From a virus (lineage: Duplodnaviria; Caudoviricetes): DNA of 27,546 bases. Under the pieces are notes generated by a model. That model was given only the letters and a program-made list of their open reading frames with translations. It made no database searches and had not been told where the DNA came from. This document shows positions 4,211 through 13,547 of this stretch, piece by piece. Location: positions 1 to 27,546 of the IMG/VR virus record IMGVR_UViG_3300037458_000257. One strand, written 5' to 3'. A program made the translations under genes and the position numbers. Numbering within the stretch: position 1 is the first letter of the stretch; the number at the start of each line of letters is the position of its first letter.

Positions 4211-7200
4211 TTCGTAGTTCCTCAATTAATTTTGCTTGTGCATCGACCTTTGCGTTAAGTTCCTTGACTGCTTCGATTAGCACGCCAACGAGCGCACCAT
4301 AATTGACCCCGTATTCTTCGCCTGTGTTACCTTCGGCGTCTGTCTTCTCGGAGTGAGTAACGACCTCTGGAACAACTTCAAGCACTTCCTGCGCAATGAC
4401 ACCCATCTGTAGCTTCTTTTCGGGGTCGTCAATACGATTGAAGTTAACACCTCGCAGTCTTAACACTTTTGTGAGCGAATCCTCAATTGTGTAGATGTTT
4501 TCCTTGAGGCGAGCATCCGAGAAGGCTACGATATCGCCTGTTGCATAAATGGCACCCGTGACATACACTGAATATGAAGATGATGTAGTAGATCCATCGA
4601 TTCCCATGCAGCCGTTCGCCACACTCCAATAATAGTGCCATGCCGATCGATATTGTCCACCGTTACCCGACGAGTCCCACATCATATTGACCGCCGAGTA
4701 GTTATCGTATATGCCGCCATACGAACTTTTACTTCCGTAGGTTTGTACAGGCGAATAAGTGCCGGTGCCGTTATAACCTACGCCTATCGAGCTGCCGCCG
4801 TCCATATAATAACGATAGGCAGTGCCAATCACCATACTAGCATTTCCGAACAAGTTACTCGAATTATCAAAGTAACCCGCCACCGTATATGTGCTGGTGC
4901 CGACACCACGGGTAAATTGAAGATTTCCTGCATATGTCGAGGATGGGTTATTATTGCTTGTAATGCGCCAACCGTATCCTTCTGTAGGATATCCAAGATG
5001 TATGGAGGTATTTGCAACTACGCTGGCCTGTGCGTTATAGACTCGTAACGGCAACGTCGCAGTGCCGTCGACTTGGACTGTTAAAGCTGAATCGTGTTGT
5101 CCGTTGCTATCTAATGTCTGAATCTTTCTCCAGCTACCCCATGACCCATTACTCTGATATCGGTGCCAAATACTGTCGCTATTAGGGAAGTATAGTTGTG
5201 AACAATATCCGCCAGTGTGTTTATTCATCACCAGCATCACGTTTGCATTGTCGGCACCTTCAGGGATATTCGTCGAACCGTTTGCAATCGAACCAAAGTG
5301 TATTAAACGCAGGCTCGAATACTGGTTGGTGTTATAATAGCCGTTTGCGTTGATGTAGCCGCCATATCCGTAAGTAAGCCAGTTATTTTGAGCTAGGACT
5401 TCGCCGTTCAAGGTTAGCGTGCCGCTAACCGCCGCACCGGAGTTATCTACGTAGAATCTTGAAGTGCCGTCAGACACTAAATGTATTGTGCCGCTATTAT
5501 TACTATACATTCCGGAATTATTATCCGAAATAAACGAGTATGTCGGCGCTGCTGCGGATCCGCCTGGTCCAAAGAATTTACCAACACCCATCGAGATGCC
5601 GCTATTATCAAAGACTACTCGTTGATTTCCGTTGATGGCAACAGAAATAGTGTCGGCACTGGTTGCTCGGTAAAAGCCTGTTCCTGTATCTCCAAAATAT
5701 ATAGACGGCGCTGCTACCGTTCCGGCTGGTACTTGAACTCTTCCGCCGAATGTGACTGAGTCAACTGTATTTCCCGTTCGTTCTACTGCCACCCAATTGC
5801 TTACTGAGTTGTTTGCATCGTTGATAAGGCGACCCTGGAATGTTTCTGAATTAACACTAAAGTCCCATGATCTATTATCTGCGGTGGCATCAGTATCATA
5901 AAAGTTTATGCTAGGTTGTACTGCGCTAATTTGTATGGCTGAGTCTGTGCCACCGCCTGTTGCTGCAAATACTGCGCCGGGGCCTGTAGTAGGATCGCCC
6001 AAGAATGCAACGCCGCGCGTCGAGTTTCCTCGAACCATACTCTTTGTATTAACATCGCTCAGAACAATATCGTCTGTATATGTTGTAAAGCTAGTTTCAA
6101 ATGCGACGGTAGTAGCGTAATGCCCGACATCTTGTATCTCTACGTAAAGATCAATTGCGCTTCCACTAACATACACTTCTAAATACGCGGCTGTGGTTGA
6201 GTTCTTTGTAGTTTTTACCGAAGTTACATATCCTAGGGAATTATTAATAATATTCAACTCATTGGCTGTTGCATCCCACTTACTATCCCAATAGATTTCC
6301 ATAGATTGCGGGATTTGGGAACCGCCTGTGGTATATAATCTGACAATTGATGTGCCTCGCCCATTGTTCGACTCTATCTTCGCAACACGTACCCATTGAT
6401 TTGTAGCAGTGCCGTTTGCCTTCTTACTATACAACAAAGCACCCGAATTATAGGTAGGCCGTGTCGTATAGTTCCACGCTCCGGAAATAGTTGCCGAGGT
6501 GTTTTTGAGAGGTACGTTTGAAGATAGTCTAGCATCTGCTACGGTTCCTGTGGATAGGTTAGTAGCATTGAGCGAGGTTAGTCCTGAACCGTTTCCAGTA
6601 ATTGCTTTGGTGCTTGCGTTAATTTGTAACGCCCAAGCAGGAGTTCCGTTTCTATCATAGATACCGTAGGTCGTGCCGGCATCAGTTAAGATAAAGTCTA
6701 CACCCGACGTTGCGGCGGAATTTACTAGACGGAATCTTTGCTCCTTCGAAGATGCAGAGCTACTGCCTAACGTAAACGTTCCAGTAGAGTCTGCGGATGC
6801 GTTAAATACATGTGAGGCGCCGTTAGATGTAACAGTGCCGCCGACTGTGAGCGCTCCGGTACCAGCAAATGTATAAGTTGGATTGCTTGTAGCATTACCA
6901 AAAGTTAGATTACTAATATTCTGCGCAGAGCGCGTAAAGGTAAAGGCATTAGTCTGAGAATTGCTTGCATCGTTTGTTGCTCGCAATTCCATTGCTGTGC
7001 CGTCTGCAATCCACACCCATTTCTTTTCGTCTGTACCGCCGTCTGTTTGATTCAACTGGAGGTATGGAAAGGATCCCTGAATCTCCATCGAGCTGCCCGT
7101 AGATACAACCGACGATGCAGACAGCGATCCGTTAATGGTTGCCCCGGAGGAATTTACTGTCACCCTTGCTGTACCGTCAGATACTAGATAGAGCTCACCC

Positions 7201-7838
7201 GCCGTGTTACCAAACATACCGGTATTACTGTCTGACGCAAAGGAGTAGGTCGGCGCTCCAGCGGATCCACCTGGACCGTTGATTACGCCATTTACAGTCA
7301 GTGCTCCGCCCATGGTCGTAAGTCCTGTGCCTGAGAATGTGTAGGTTGGGTTATCGGTTGCGTTACCAAAAGTTAGCGACGATATTGCGTATCCAGAACG
7401 TGACATCACAAATGCCTGAGAGTAGGCGTCCGAGGCATCATTGACTGCTCGCATCTCTAATGCTGCGTTGTCATAAATCCACACCCACTTCTTTTGGTTA
7501 GTAGCACCGTCTGTTTGGTTCAGCTGTAGAAATGGGAAGGTGCCTTGGACCTCAAGCGTGTTGCTTAAAGCAACAACAGATGCACCTGAGATCGTTCCTG
7601 CGGTCGCTAGTAGGGTAGAGCCATCCCAGGTTAGTTGTCCTGCTGTATCGATCCAAGCACCACCGCTTCGATATAGGAGATCGTTGTTAGCAGCGCCCGT
7701 AAGATTCACATCACTAAGCGAATCAAAAGAGCTTTCTACACGGTTGGTCGTCCACGACGAGCCGTTATAAGTCCATGTGATGCCTCCTGAAGAGAAGGTA
7801 TCATTTACGGACGGTGATGATGGAAAATTTAGTGCCAT
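4203..7838 (-). CDS. Long tail fibre with C-terminal intramolecular chaperone (peptidase S74)
   Basis: SDARLKENI autocleavage motif, GVIAQEV, terminal coiled coil; Gly/Ser/Thr-rich repeated modules. Confidence 0.9.
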   Translation of the reverse strand: MALNFPSSPSVNDTFSSGGITWTYNGSSWTTNRVESSFDSLSDVNLTGAANNDLLYRSGGAWIDTAGQLTWDGSTLLATAGTISGASVVALSNTLEVQGTFPFLQLNQTDGATNQKKWVWIYDNAALEMRAVNDASDAYSQAFVMSRSGYAISSLTFGNATDNPTYTFSGTGLTTMGGALTVNGVINGPGGSAGAPTYSFASDSNTGMFGNTAGELYLVSDGTARVTVNSSGATINGSLSASSVVSTGSSMEIQGSFPYLQLNQTDGGTDEKKWVWIADGTAMELRATNDASNSQTNAFTFTRSAQNISNLTFGNATSNPTYTFAGTGALTVGGTVTSNGASHVFNASADSTGTFTLGSSSASSKEQRFRLVNSAATSGVDFILTDAGTTYGIYDRNGTPAWALQINASTKAITGNGSGLTSLNATNLSTGTVADARLSSNVPLKNTSATISGAWNYTTRPTYNSGALLYSKKANGTATNQWVRVAKIESNNGRGTSIVRLYTTGGSQIPQSMEIYWDSKWDATANELNIINNSLGYVTSVKTTKNSTTAAYLEVYVSGSAIDLYVEIQDVGHYATTVAFETSFTTYTDDIVLSDVNTKSMVRGNSTRGVAFLGDPTTGPGAVFAATGGGTDSAIQISAVQPSINFYDTDATADNRSWDFSVNSETFQGRLINDANNSVSNWVAVERTGNTVDSVTFGGRVQVPAGTVAAPSIYFGDTGTGFYRATSADTISVAINGNQRVVFDNSGISMGVGKFFGPGGSAAAPTYSFISDNNSGMYSNNSGTIHLVSDGTSRFYVDNSGAAVSGTLTLNGEVLAQNNWLTYGYGGYINANGYYNTNQYSSLRLIHFGSIANGSTNIPEGADNANVMLVMNKHTGGYCSQLYFPNSDSIWHRYQSNGSWGSWRKIQTLDSNGQHDSALTVQVDGTATLPLRVYNAQASVVANTSIHLGYPTEGYGWRITSNNNPSSTYAGNLQFTRGVGTSTYTVAGYFDNSSNLFGNASMVIGTAYRYYMDGGSSIGVGYNGTGTYSPVQTYGSKSSYGGIYDNYSAVNMMWDSSGNGGQYRSAWHYYWSVANGCMGIDGSTTSSSYSVYVTGAIYATGDIVAFSDARLKENIYTIEDSLTKVLRLRGVNFNRIDDPEKKLQMGVIAQEVLEVVPEVVTHSEKTDAEGNTGEEYGVNYGALVGVLIEAVKELNAKVDAQAKLIEELRNG

Positions 7839-7839
7839 A

Positions 7840-8283
7840 TTAGTCTAACCTATATGCGTAAAGTATTTTTATGCCGCCTGTTTGCCCTGTACTTTCTTTG
7901 GCTTCTATAGTCAAATTACTATTAAACCTTAGCGGTTGATCATTGTTTCCTTGATCTGAGGCGTATGAGCCTAATAAGTATTTTCCTTGATTAAGAGTTC
8001 CTAAACCAGAAGATGAATTCGTGGTCCAAACAACTGTTCCGTCGATTGTAATACGAATTGTCACAGTACGAACAGAGCCTACCCCGTTTTGAAAAGACAA
8101 ATGATCAAGCCAGCCCTTTCCATCAATATCTACCATAGTGACATACGTATCGGCTGTAGTAGTTCCCGACGTTGCAACTGCGCCGCCGTTTGGAAATGTG
8201 GTTGCAACTGTCCATCCATTCTGAACCACTGGGACTACGCTTTTTGTAGAAGGAGGCCCAAAAAATTGTGATAATCTGCTCAT
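7840..8283 (-). CDS. Hypothetical virion protein (beta-rich)
   Basis: 147-aa ORF tightly packed between two fibre genes. Confidence 0.65.
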   Translation of the reverse strand: MSRLSQFFGPPSTKSVVPVVQNGWTVATTFPNGGAVATSGTTTADTYVTMVDIDGKGWLDHLSFQNGVGSVRTVTIRITIDGTVVWTTNSSSGLGTLNQGKYLLGSYASDQGNNDQPLRFNSNLTIEAKESTGQTGGIKILYAYRLD

Positions 8284-8284
8284 C

Positions 8285-10924
8285 TTAAATCACTCTCCAT
8301 CCATTTGTGCTGTCGTTATACACAAGCCCAAACGCAAAATTTGTGTTATCATCTACGGTCATGTTTTCAGCAAGACCCATAATATTTAGCCCGTTTCTAC
8401 CCACGGTAAATCCGGTGATTGTAGAAGTGCCGGCGACGAAATATATGGTGTCGCCTAAGGTCGCACTCGAAGGTAGTGTAGCAGTTACGCTATTTCCTGT
8501 GATCATATATCTATAGTTTACTGCGGCGTTGAAGCTCGTAGATTTTGCTTCTACCGTAATGCCTGCATTTGGGGCAGGAACCGGAGATGCGTCTACCCAT
8601 TGCGAGCTTGTGCCGTCATTGTAGTAGACCTTCAAAATACCCGTATCGCTCTCCCACCATAGATCGCCTGCTGTTGGTGATCCGGGAGCAGTATCGCTGA
8701 TTGTTACAGATGCCCCTCCTCCGCCACCGAGTTCGGTCTCTGTTCCCGTATCGTCCTTACGATAAATCTTGCCGTCGGCTTTAGCGTAGACTGCAACCCG
8801 ACCTGAGGCAGGGGTGCCTGGAGCAGAAGTGTGCTCATCAAAAGTAATCCAGCCGTCTGTGCCTAAGGCAATTTCGCCAGTGGACTTGAGATACATTCTG
8901 CTTGTTTGTCCTGTAACAGCCCCGCCTGTACCCGAGTGAGTTCGTATATCAATGCCGCCAGCTAGCGTACCTGTATTTACGGTCTCTACTATGCCTATTA
9001 TTCGACCTACAACGCTCTGTGTTCCGTTAGTAGATCGTCCCCACCAAAGTACATCGCCTAATTCGTCGGAGGTTTGTGATGCTGCTGGCGAAGCCTCGCT
9101 ACCGCGTAAGTGTCCTAACCACAAGCTGGCTTCGGTAGACGATGCTGTGGTAGATTTACCCCATGCAGTCATCTCCCACCAAGCATAGCCTGATGCAGGT
9201 CCTGTGATTTGATCAGATATCGGGCCACCACCTGCAGAACTAGCGTCGCCGAAAAAGTAAATCTTCTGCTTCGCTGCCGAATCAAAAACAAAGGCGTTGT
9301 TAGCAGATGGCTTACTATAAAAGGTATGCAGTGGAAAGTCTGTGCTGTTACCGTAATCTATGTTAGTAACGGCATTGCCCGAACGAGTGAACTTTAAAAA
9401 GTCTTTATAACTACCAAGTGCATCTGTGCAGTTTCTAAAAGCAAATGTTTTTAAACTTGCATCGCTTTCTATAACCCAAGTCTTTTCGTCTGCTGCACCA
9501 TCGGCGTTAATCCAGTACATACTGATATAATCGGTGCCGCCCGTCTCGGATCTAAATTCTATGTAATCTCTTGCTTCAAAGCCCGCCTGAAACTGCGGAT
9601 AACCATTAAAGATTGTATCGTATGTATCGCCGGTGTTTGAAAAGGTTATTTGACCAGAGATTGTTTGGTCTGCTTCAGCGTTAAGTATCGTCCGTGTATT
9701 GCCATTGACGCGAGCAAACACGCCGGCGGTTGTAGTCCAGATATCTCCGTTAACAGGAGAAGTGGGAGCTGTGCCGTGCGGTACGTTGAAACCTGCGGCG
9801 GTAGTTGAAGATGCTACAGTAGTGTGCGGTACATAATTCGTAATTCTCGATCCCTGATCATCAAATTGCATCATGCCTATATTTGATGCTGCAATCGTTA
9901 TACCTCCAAAACCAGAGCCGCCTGCCTTGGCTATTACTAAATCGTTTGCGCCACCGTTAGAAACGGTTCCCGAATATGGGTTGGTGCCCGCTGCGGCAGC
10001 CAATCCGATGACTGCACTACCTTGGCCGCCATCTTGACTCATTACAATGTATGCATTATGTGACTCAACAGAATCATCGGTGTCCGCCTCCAGGATTAGA
10101 ACCGAGTCTCCCGATGATTTTACTAAAACCGTTGCATCACTGGTAGAATTAATATCTAAACGAATATATTCGGTTGTGGTCCCTAACGTGTTGTTTACTG
10201 CATCTCTCACTTCCAGCGCAACTCCCGCTACCAGTCTCGATTCAGATACTCTTAGAGCGGGCACGGAGCCTGCTGTTGTTCCCGTGCCAGGACTTAGCAC
10301 AATGCTTTGGTCTGTTAAAATAATTAGGTCGTTGTCTGCATAATACGTTGTTCCTGCAAGTGTAGCTCCGTTGTTTGGCCTTTGCCCGGCGGTACTAGAA
10401 AGGCCGATTTCTGCTTCGATGGTTTGATTGTCTTGATAAAAGGTAATATACGCATTATCTGTTTCTGTTACATTATCGCTGTCTGCTTCTAAAATTAGAG
10501 CTGCGTCGCCTGTAGAACGTACCTTTAGTGTACTGGACCCGTCCCAAGTCAAGCCGCCGGCAGTGTCTATCCAGTTCCCGCCGCTGCGATATAGAAGGTC
10601 GTTATTTGCGGCACCTGTAAGATCTACATCTGTAAGACTGTCGAACGATACTGCGGCCCCTATGGCTGTATAAGTGCTACCGTCGTTTGTGTATTCCCAA
10701 CGGTCATTTGTCTCGTTCCAACGTATCGATACGTTGGCGCTTGTACCGCGTTCTACAGCAAAGTCGGCGTTGGCAGACGGGGTGCCGGTGACATTATTGT
10801 TGAGGACTAAGCTGGTGCCTTGAATTCCTAAGGATGCGTTTGATATAGCATCTAAGGTTATACCGCCCTTCCCGAGTTGAAAGTTAGATTGAGTGGTACC
10901 TTTGAGATTGTAATATACAGCCAT
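8285..10924 (-). CDS. Tail fibre / fibre-like structural protein
   Basis: 879 aa; VERGTSANVSIRWNETNDRWE and PGSPTAGDLWWESDTG motifs common in phage fibres; shares modules with 4203-7838. Confidence 0.78.
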   Translation of the reverse strand: MAVYYNLKGTTQSNFQLGKGGITLDAISNASLGIQGTSLVLNNNVTGTPSANADFAVERGTSANVSIRWNETNDRWEYTNDGSTYTAIGAAVSFDSLTDVDLTGAANNDLLYRSGGNWIDTAGGLTWDGSSTLKVRSTGDAALILEADSDNVTETDNAYITFYQDNQTIEAEIGLSSTAGQRPNNGATLAGTTYYADNDLIILTDQSIVLSPGTGTTAGSVPALRVSESRLVAGVALEVRDAVNNTLGTTTEYIRLDINSTSDATVLVKSSGDSVLILEADTDDSVESHNAYIVMSQDGGQGSAVIGLAAAAGTNPYSGTVSNGGANDLVIAKAGGSGFGGITIAASNIGMMQFDDQGSRITNYVPHTTVASSTTAAGFNVPHGTAPTSPVNGDIWTTTAGVFARVNGNTRTILNAEADQTISGQITFSNTGDTYDTIFNGYPQFQAGFEARDYIEFRSETGGTDYISMYWINADGAADEKTWVIESDASLKTFAFRNCTDALGSYKDFLKFTRSGNAVTNIDYGNSTDFPLHTFYSKPSANNAFVFDSAAKQKIYFFGDASSAGGGPISDQITGPASGYAWWEMTAWGKSTTASSTEASLWLGHLRGSEASPAASQTSDELGDVLWWGRSTNGTQSVVGRIIGIVETVNTGTLAGGIDIRTHSGTGGAVTGQTSRMYLKSTGEIALGTDGWITFDEHTSAPGTPASGRVAVYAKADGKIYRKDDTGTETELGGGGGASVTISDTAPGSPTAGDLWWESDTGILKVYYNDGTSSQWVDASPVPAPNAGITVEAKSTSFNAAVNYRYMITGNSVTATLPSSATLGDTIYFVAGTSTITGFTVGRNGLNIMGLAENMTVDDNTNFAFGLVYNDSTNGWRVI

Positions 10925-10979
10925 CTGTGTCTCGGCAACCTGTCAAATTATCTACAAAAGTGTAGTCAGGTAGCTGCTG

Positions 10980-10987
10980 TATTTATC
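10980..10987 (-). promoter_or_regulatory. Late promoter motif GATAAATA for the fibre operon
   Basis: Directly downstream of a terminator and 55 nt upstream of the ATG at 10924. Confidence 0.6.
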
Positions 10988-10991
10988 AGTC

Positions 10992-11021
10992 AAAAGAAAA
11001 GAGGGCACCGTTGCCCTCTTT
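10992..11021 (-). terminator. Intrinsic terminator
   Basis: AAAGAGGGCA-ACGG-UGCCCUCUUUUCUUUU on the minus strand. Confidence 0.8.
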
Positions 11022-11219
11022 CCTCGAATTGGGCCAAGTGTTCCCAATTCTCATCACATATTTAATATACTTGTCCTAGGTCACCGCTTGGTCGACTTCC
11101 ACGTTGGACAGTGGTTCCGTATAAGTATATGGCCTACGGAAAGCGAAATTAAAAATATTTAATGGTAAATCATTTCTATATCTGCCTTTCTTTCTCTCCA
11201 ATATTTACAGTACATTATT

Positions 11220-11247
11220 AGTGTACGCTTTTTATAGGGAAAGTCAA
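11220..11247 (-). promoter_or_regulatory. Candidate sigma70 promoter
   Basis: TTGACT-N16-TACACT, directly after a hairpin (about 11247-11282) that follows the Ig gene. Confidence 0.5.
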
Positions 11248-11288
11248 GAGAGAAGCGAAAGTCCGTTTCCACTTCTCTCTTTCATTTC

Positions 11289-13424
11289 TTACTGTACGAT
11301 CTCCTTAGATGCTATTGCGCTATAATCGCTGATATCACCATAGATGTCGTATGCGCGTACCGAGAACTCCCATACGCCTACTGGTAGCTCCATGAAGTCA
11401 TACCAGTTCTGCGTATTTACAGGAACGTCAATGTCGTATGTCCATGTCGTGCTACCCATTGGGCGGGCATACACTCTATAGCCACCGATTTGGTTCAACG
11501 GTAGGGCTGCGCCATTTGTGTACTGGTTTGGTGGTAGCCATACCAGAGATGCGTCGGCATCTGGAACCGTGTCGTTCTGTACCACAATCTGTACAGTCTC
11601 TTGTACTGTGTCTACGCCATCGCTGACGCTGACCACAAAGACGTACTGTGGTAGTAGGTTCGACGTTGGTGTACCAGAGAGCTTACCGTCTGCGCCCAGT
11701 GTTAGTCCTGGAGGTAGATCACCACTGACATATGCCCAGGTGTATGGCGGTGTTCCGCCCTGTGCTGAGAACATGTACATGTACGAGGCGTTGACCTCAG
11801 CTGGTGGTAGTGCTGGTGGTGCGATAATGTCCAACGGAATGTTCGTGATCGTGATTGTCAACGACTGGGTGTCGGTGGTGTTGCTTGCATCGCGAACTGT
11901 GACCGTGAACGTGTACTCGCCCGGCTGTCCTGGAGAGCCACTTAGCGTACCTGTGGACGATAGTGTGATACCTGGTGGTAGGCCTGCGCCTACGGTCCAG
12001 GTGTACGGTGGTGTGCCACCGGATGCTACAAGCGTCTGGCTGTACGCATCACCGAATCTGCCGCTTGGTAGCGTCGTTGTAGTGATGGTAAGGACTGGCG
12101 GGCTGACCACAATAGACAGTGCCTTAGAGCCGTTCTTGTTGTTAGCGTCTGTGACAGTGACCGTGAAGTTAGCTGTACCTGCGGTTGTCGGTGTACCACT
12201 GATCACACCTGCTGTGGACATTGTGAGTCCTGCTGGTAGAGATCCTGCGGATACCGTTGCGGTGTACGGGCCTGCTCCGCCTGTCCAAGCAATCGTGGCG
12301 TTGTAAGCTACGCCCACTTGTGCGCCTGGTAGCGTAGTGGTGCTAATGACTGGTGGTGCTGGACGTACTGTGATCGTGAAGGTCTCGGTGTCCGTCTGTC
12401 CGATTGCGTCAGTACCTGTGACAACAAACGTTGCCGAAGATGCTGTTGTCGGTGTACCACTGATTGCGCCAGTGTTGGACATAGTGACGCCCGCTGGTAG
12501 TGCGCCGGAAGTGACAGCAAACGTGTACGGCGTCTTGCCGCCTGTTGCTGCGATCTGTGCGCTATACGGTACGCCTACGTCCGCAAGACCGAGGGTCTGT
12601 GCTGTAACCGTGACCGCTGTTGCTGCCGTGACGGTAATAGACAGTGCCTTGGTTGCTGTACGAGCGCTTGCGTCAGTGACGCGAACCGTGAAGTTCGAGG
12701 TCGTGTTAGACGCTACGAGACCAGCGGTACCGGAGATGGTGCCCGTTGAGCTTAGTGTCAAGCCCGGCGGTAGTGTGCCTGAAGCGATGGTCCACGATAG
12801 TGGTGTGGTGCCTCCTGTGGCTGCAAGCGTCTGGCTATAGGCGCTGCCTTCCTCTACGTTCGGTAGAGTGGTGGTAGTAATGGTCGGTGCCGGACCAAGG
12901 ATGGTGATCGTGAACGTCTCAGTGTCTGCTGTACCGCGAGTATCAACGGCTGCCAGTGTAAAGGCAAACGGTGATCCCGTTGTGGTAAGCGGTGTACCTG
13001 AGATCGTTCCGGTATCAGTGCCGATCTGTAGTCCTGGCGGTAAGCTGCCTGCGGCTACCGACCACTTGTATGGGCCGTATCCGCCTGCGGCTGTGACGGT
13101 GGTAGCTGGATATGTAGATCCAACGGTGCCATCTGGTAGCGATTTCTTTTCAATGGTCACTATCGGAAAATCTGGATTGACAGGGTGCTTTACCTTGTCT
13201 GGACCCATTACGTAGTGCTCTTGACCTGTGCGCACCTCCTCGTCTTCGCAGATTGCCATGGCGATGTCAAACGTCTTACTCTTAGATACGAGCAGGTTCG
13301 TTGACTGTACATAGCACCCCCACTTTCCTCCGTCGCCCGGAGCTGGTTTGCTCGGAGCGCCACAGGCAGTAGTCGCGATAACAAGGAGGGCCAAAGATGC
13401 GATTAGTTTCATCATAAATGACAT
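11289..13424 (-). CDS. Secreted / possible lipoprotein with six putative Ig (He_PIG-like) repeats and a C-terminal FN3-like domain
   Basis: Hydrophobic N-terminus ending TTAC; six repeats of LP..G..Y...A.GG..PY.W....G.LP.GL.....G.ISGTP; C-terminal GYRVY...FSVRAYD..G..S. Confidence 0.85.
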   Translation of the reverse strand: MSFMMKLIASLALLVIATTACGAPSKPAPGDGGKWGCYVQSTNLLVSKSKTFDIAMAICEDEEVRTGQEHYVMGPDKVKHPVNPDFPIVTIEKKSLPDGTVGSTYPATTVTAAGGYGPYKWSVAAGSLPPGLQIGTDTGTISGTPLTTTGSPFAFTLAAVDTRGTADTETFTITILGPAPTITTTTLPNVEEGSAYSQTLAATGGTTPLSWTIASGTLPPGLTLSSTGTISGTAGLVASNTTSNFTVRVTDASARTATKALSITVTAATAVTVTAQTLGLADVGVPYSAQIAATGGKTPYTFAVTSGALPAGVTMSNTGAISGTPTTASSATFVVTGTDAIGQTDTETFTITVRPAPPVISTTTLPGAQVGVAYNATIAWTGGAGPYTATVSAGSLPAGLTMSTAGVISGTPTTAGTANFTVTVTDANNKNGSKALSIVVSPPVLTITTTTLPSGRFGDAYSQTLVASGGTPPYTWTVGAGLPPGITLSSTGTLSGSPGQPGEYTFTVTVRDASNTTDTQSLTITITNIPLDIIAPPALPPAEVNASYMYMFSAQGGTPPYTWAYVSGDLPPGLTLGADGKLSGTPTSNLLPQYVFVVSVSDGVDTVQETVQIVVQNDTVPDADASLVWLPPNQYTNGAALPLNQIGGYRVYARPMGSTTWTYDIDVPVNTQNWYDFMELPVGVWEFSVRAYDIYGDISDYSAIASKEIVQ

Positions 13425-13439
13425 TATCCTTCCCTCCTA

Positions 13440-13447
13440 TATTTATA
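13440..13447 (-). promoter_or_regulatory. Late promoter TATAAATA
   Basis: Exact T4 late consensus, followed by AGGAGG and ATG at 13424. Confidence 0.65.
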
Positions 13448-13516
13448 AGGATTATTCCCTTCCGTTATAGTTATCAAGGGCTTTTATTCCCATCGCGACA
13501 AAGCGAACAAAGATGT

Positions 13517-13524
13517 GATAAATA
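13517..13524 (+). promoter_or_regulatory. Late promoter motif GATAAATA
   Basis: Upstream of SD GAGGT and ATG at 13548. Confidence 0.6.
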
Positions 13525-13547
13525 CAAGCATAAGTGAGGTAAGCAGA

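Noticed and set aside
11518-13215. Long + strand ORFs opposite the Ig gene (likewise 18340-18942, 21027-21827, 24076-26124)
   Set aside because: Antisense shadows of real genes with biased codon usage
13515-13547. GTG start given for the 678-aa ORF
   Set aside because: It overlaps the late promoter motif; ATG at 13548 has a good SD
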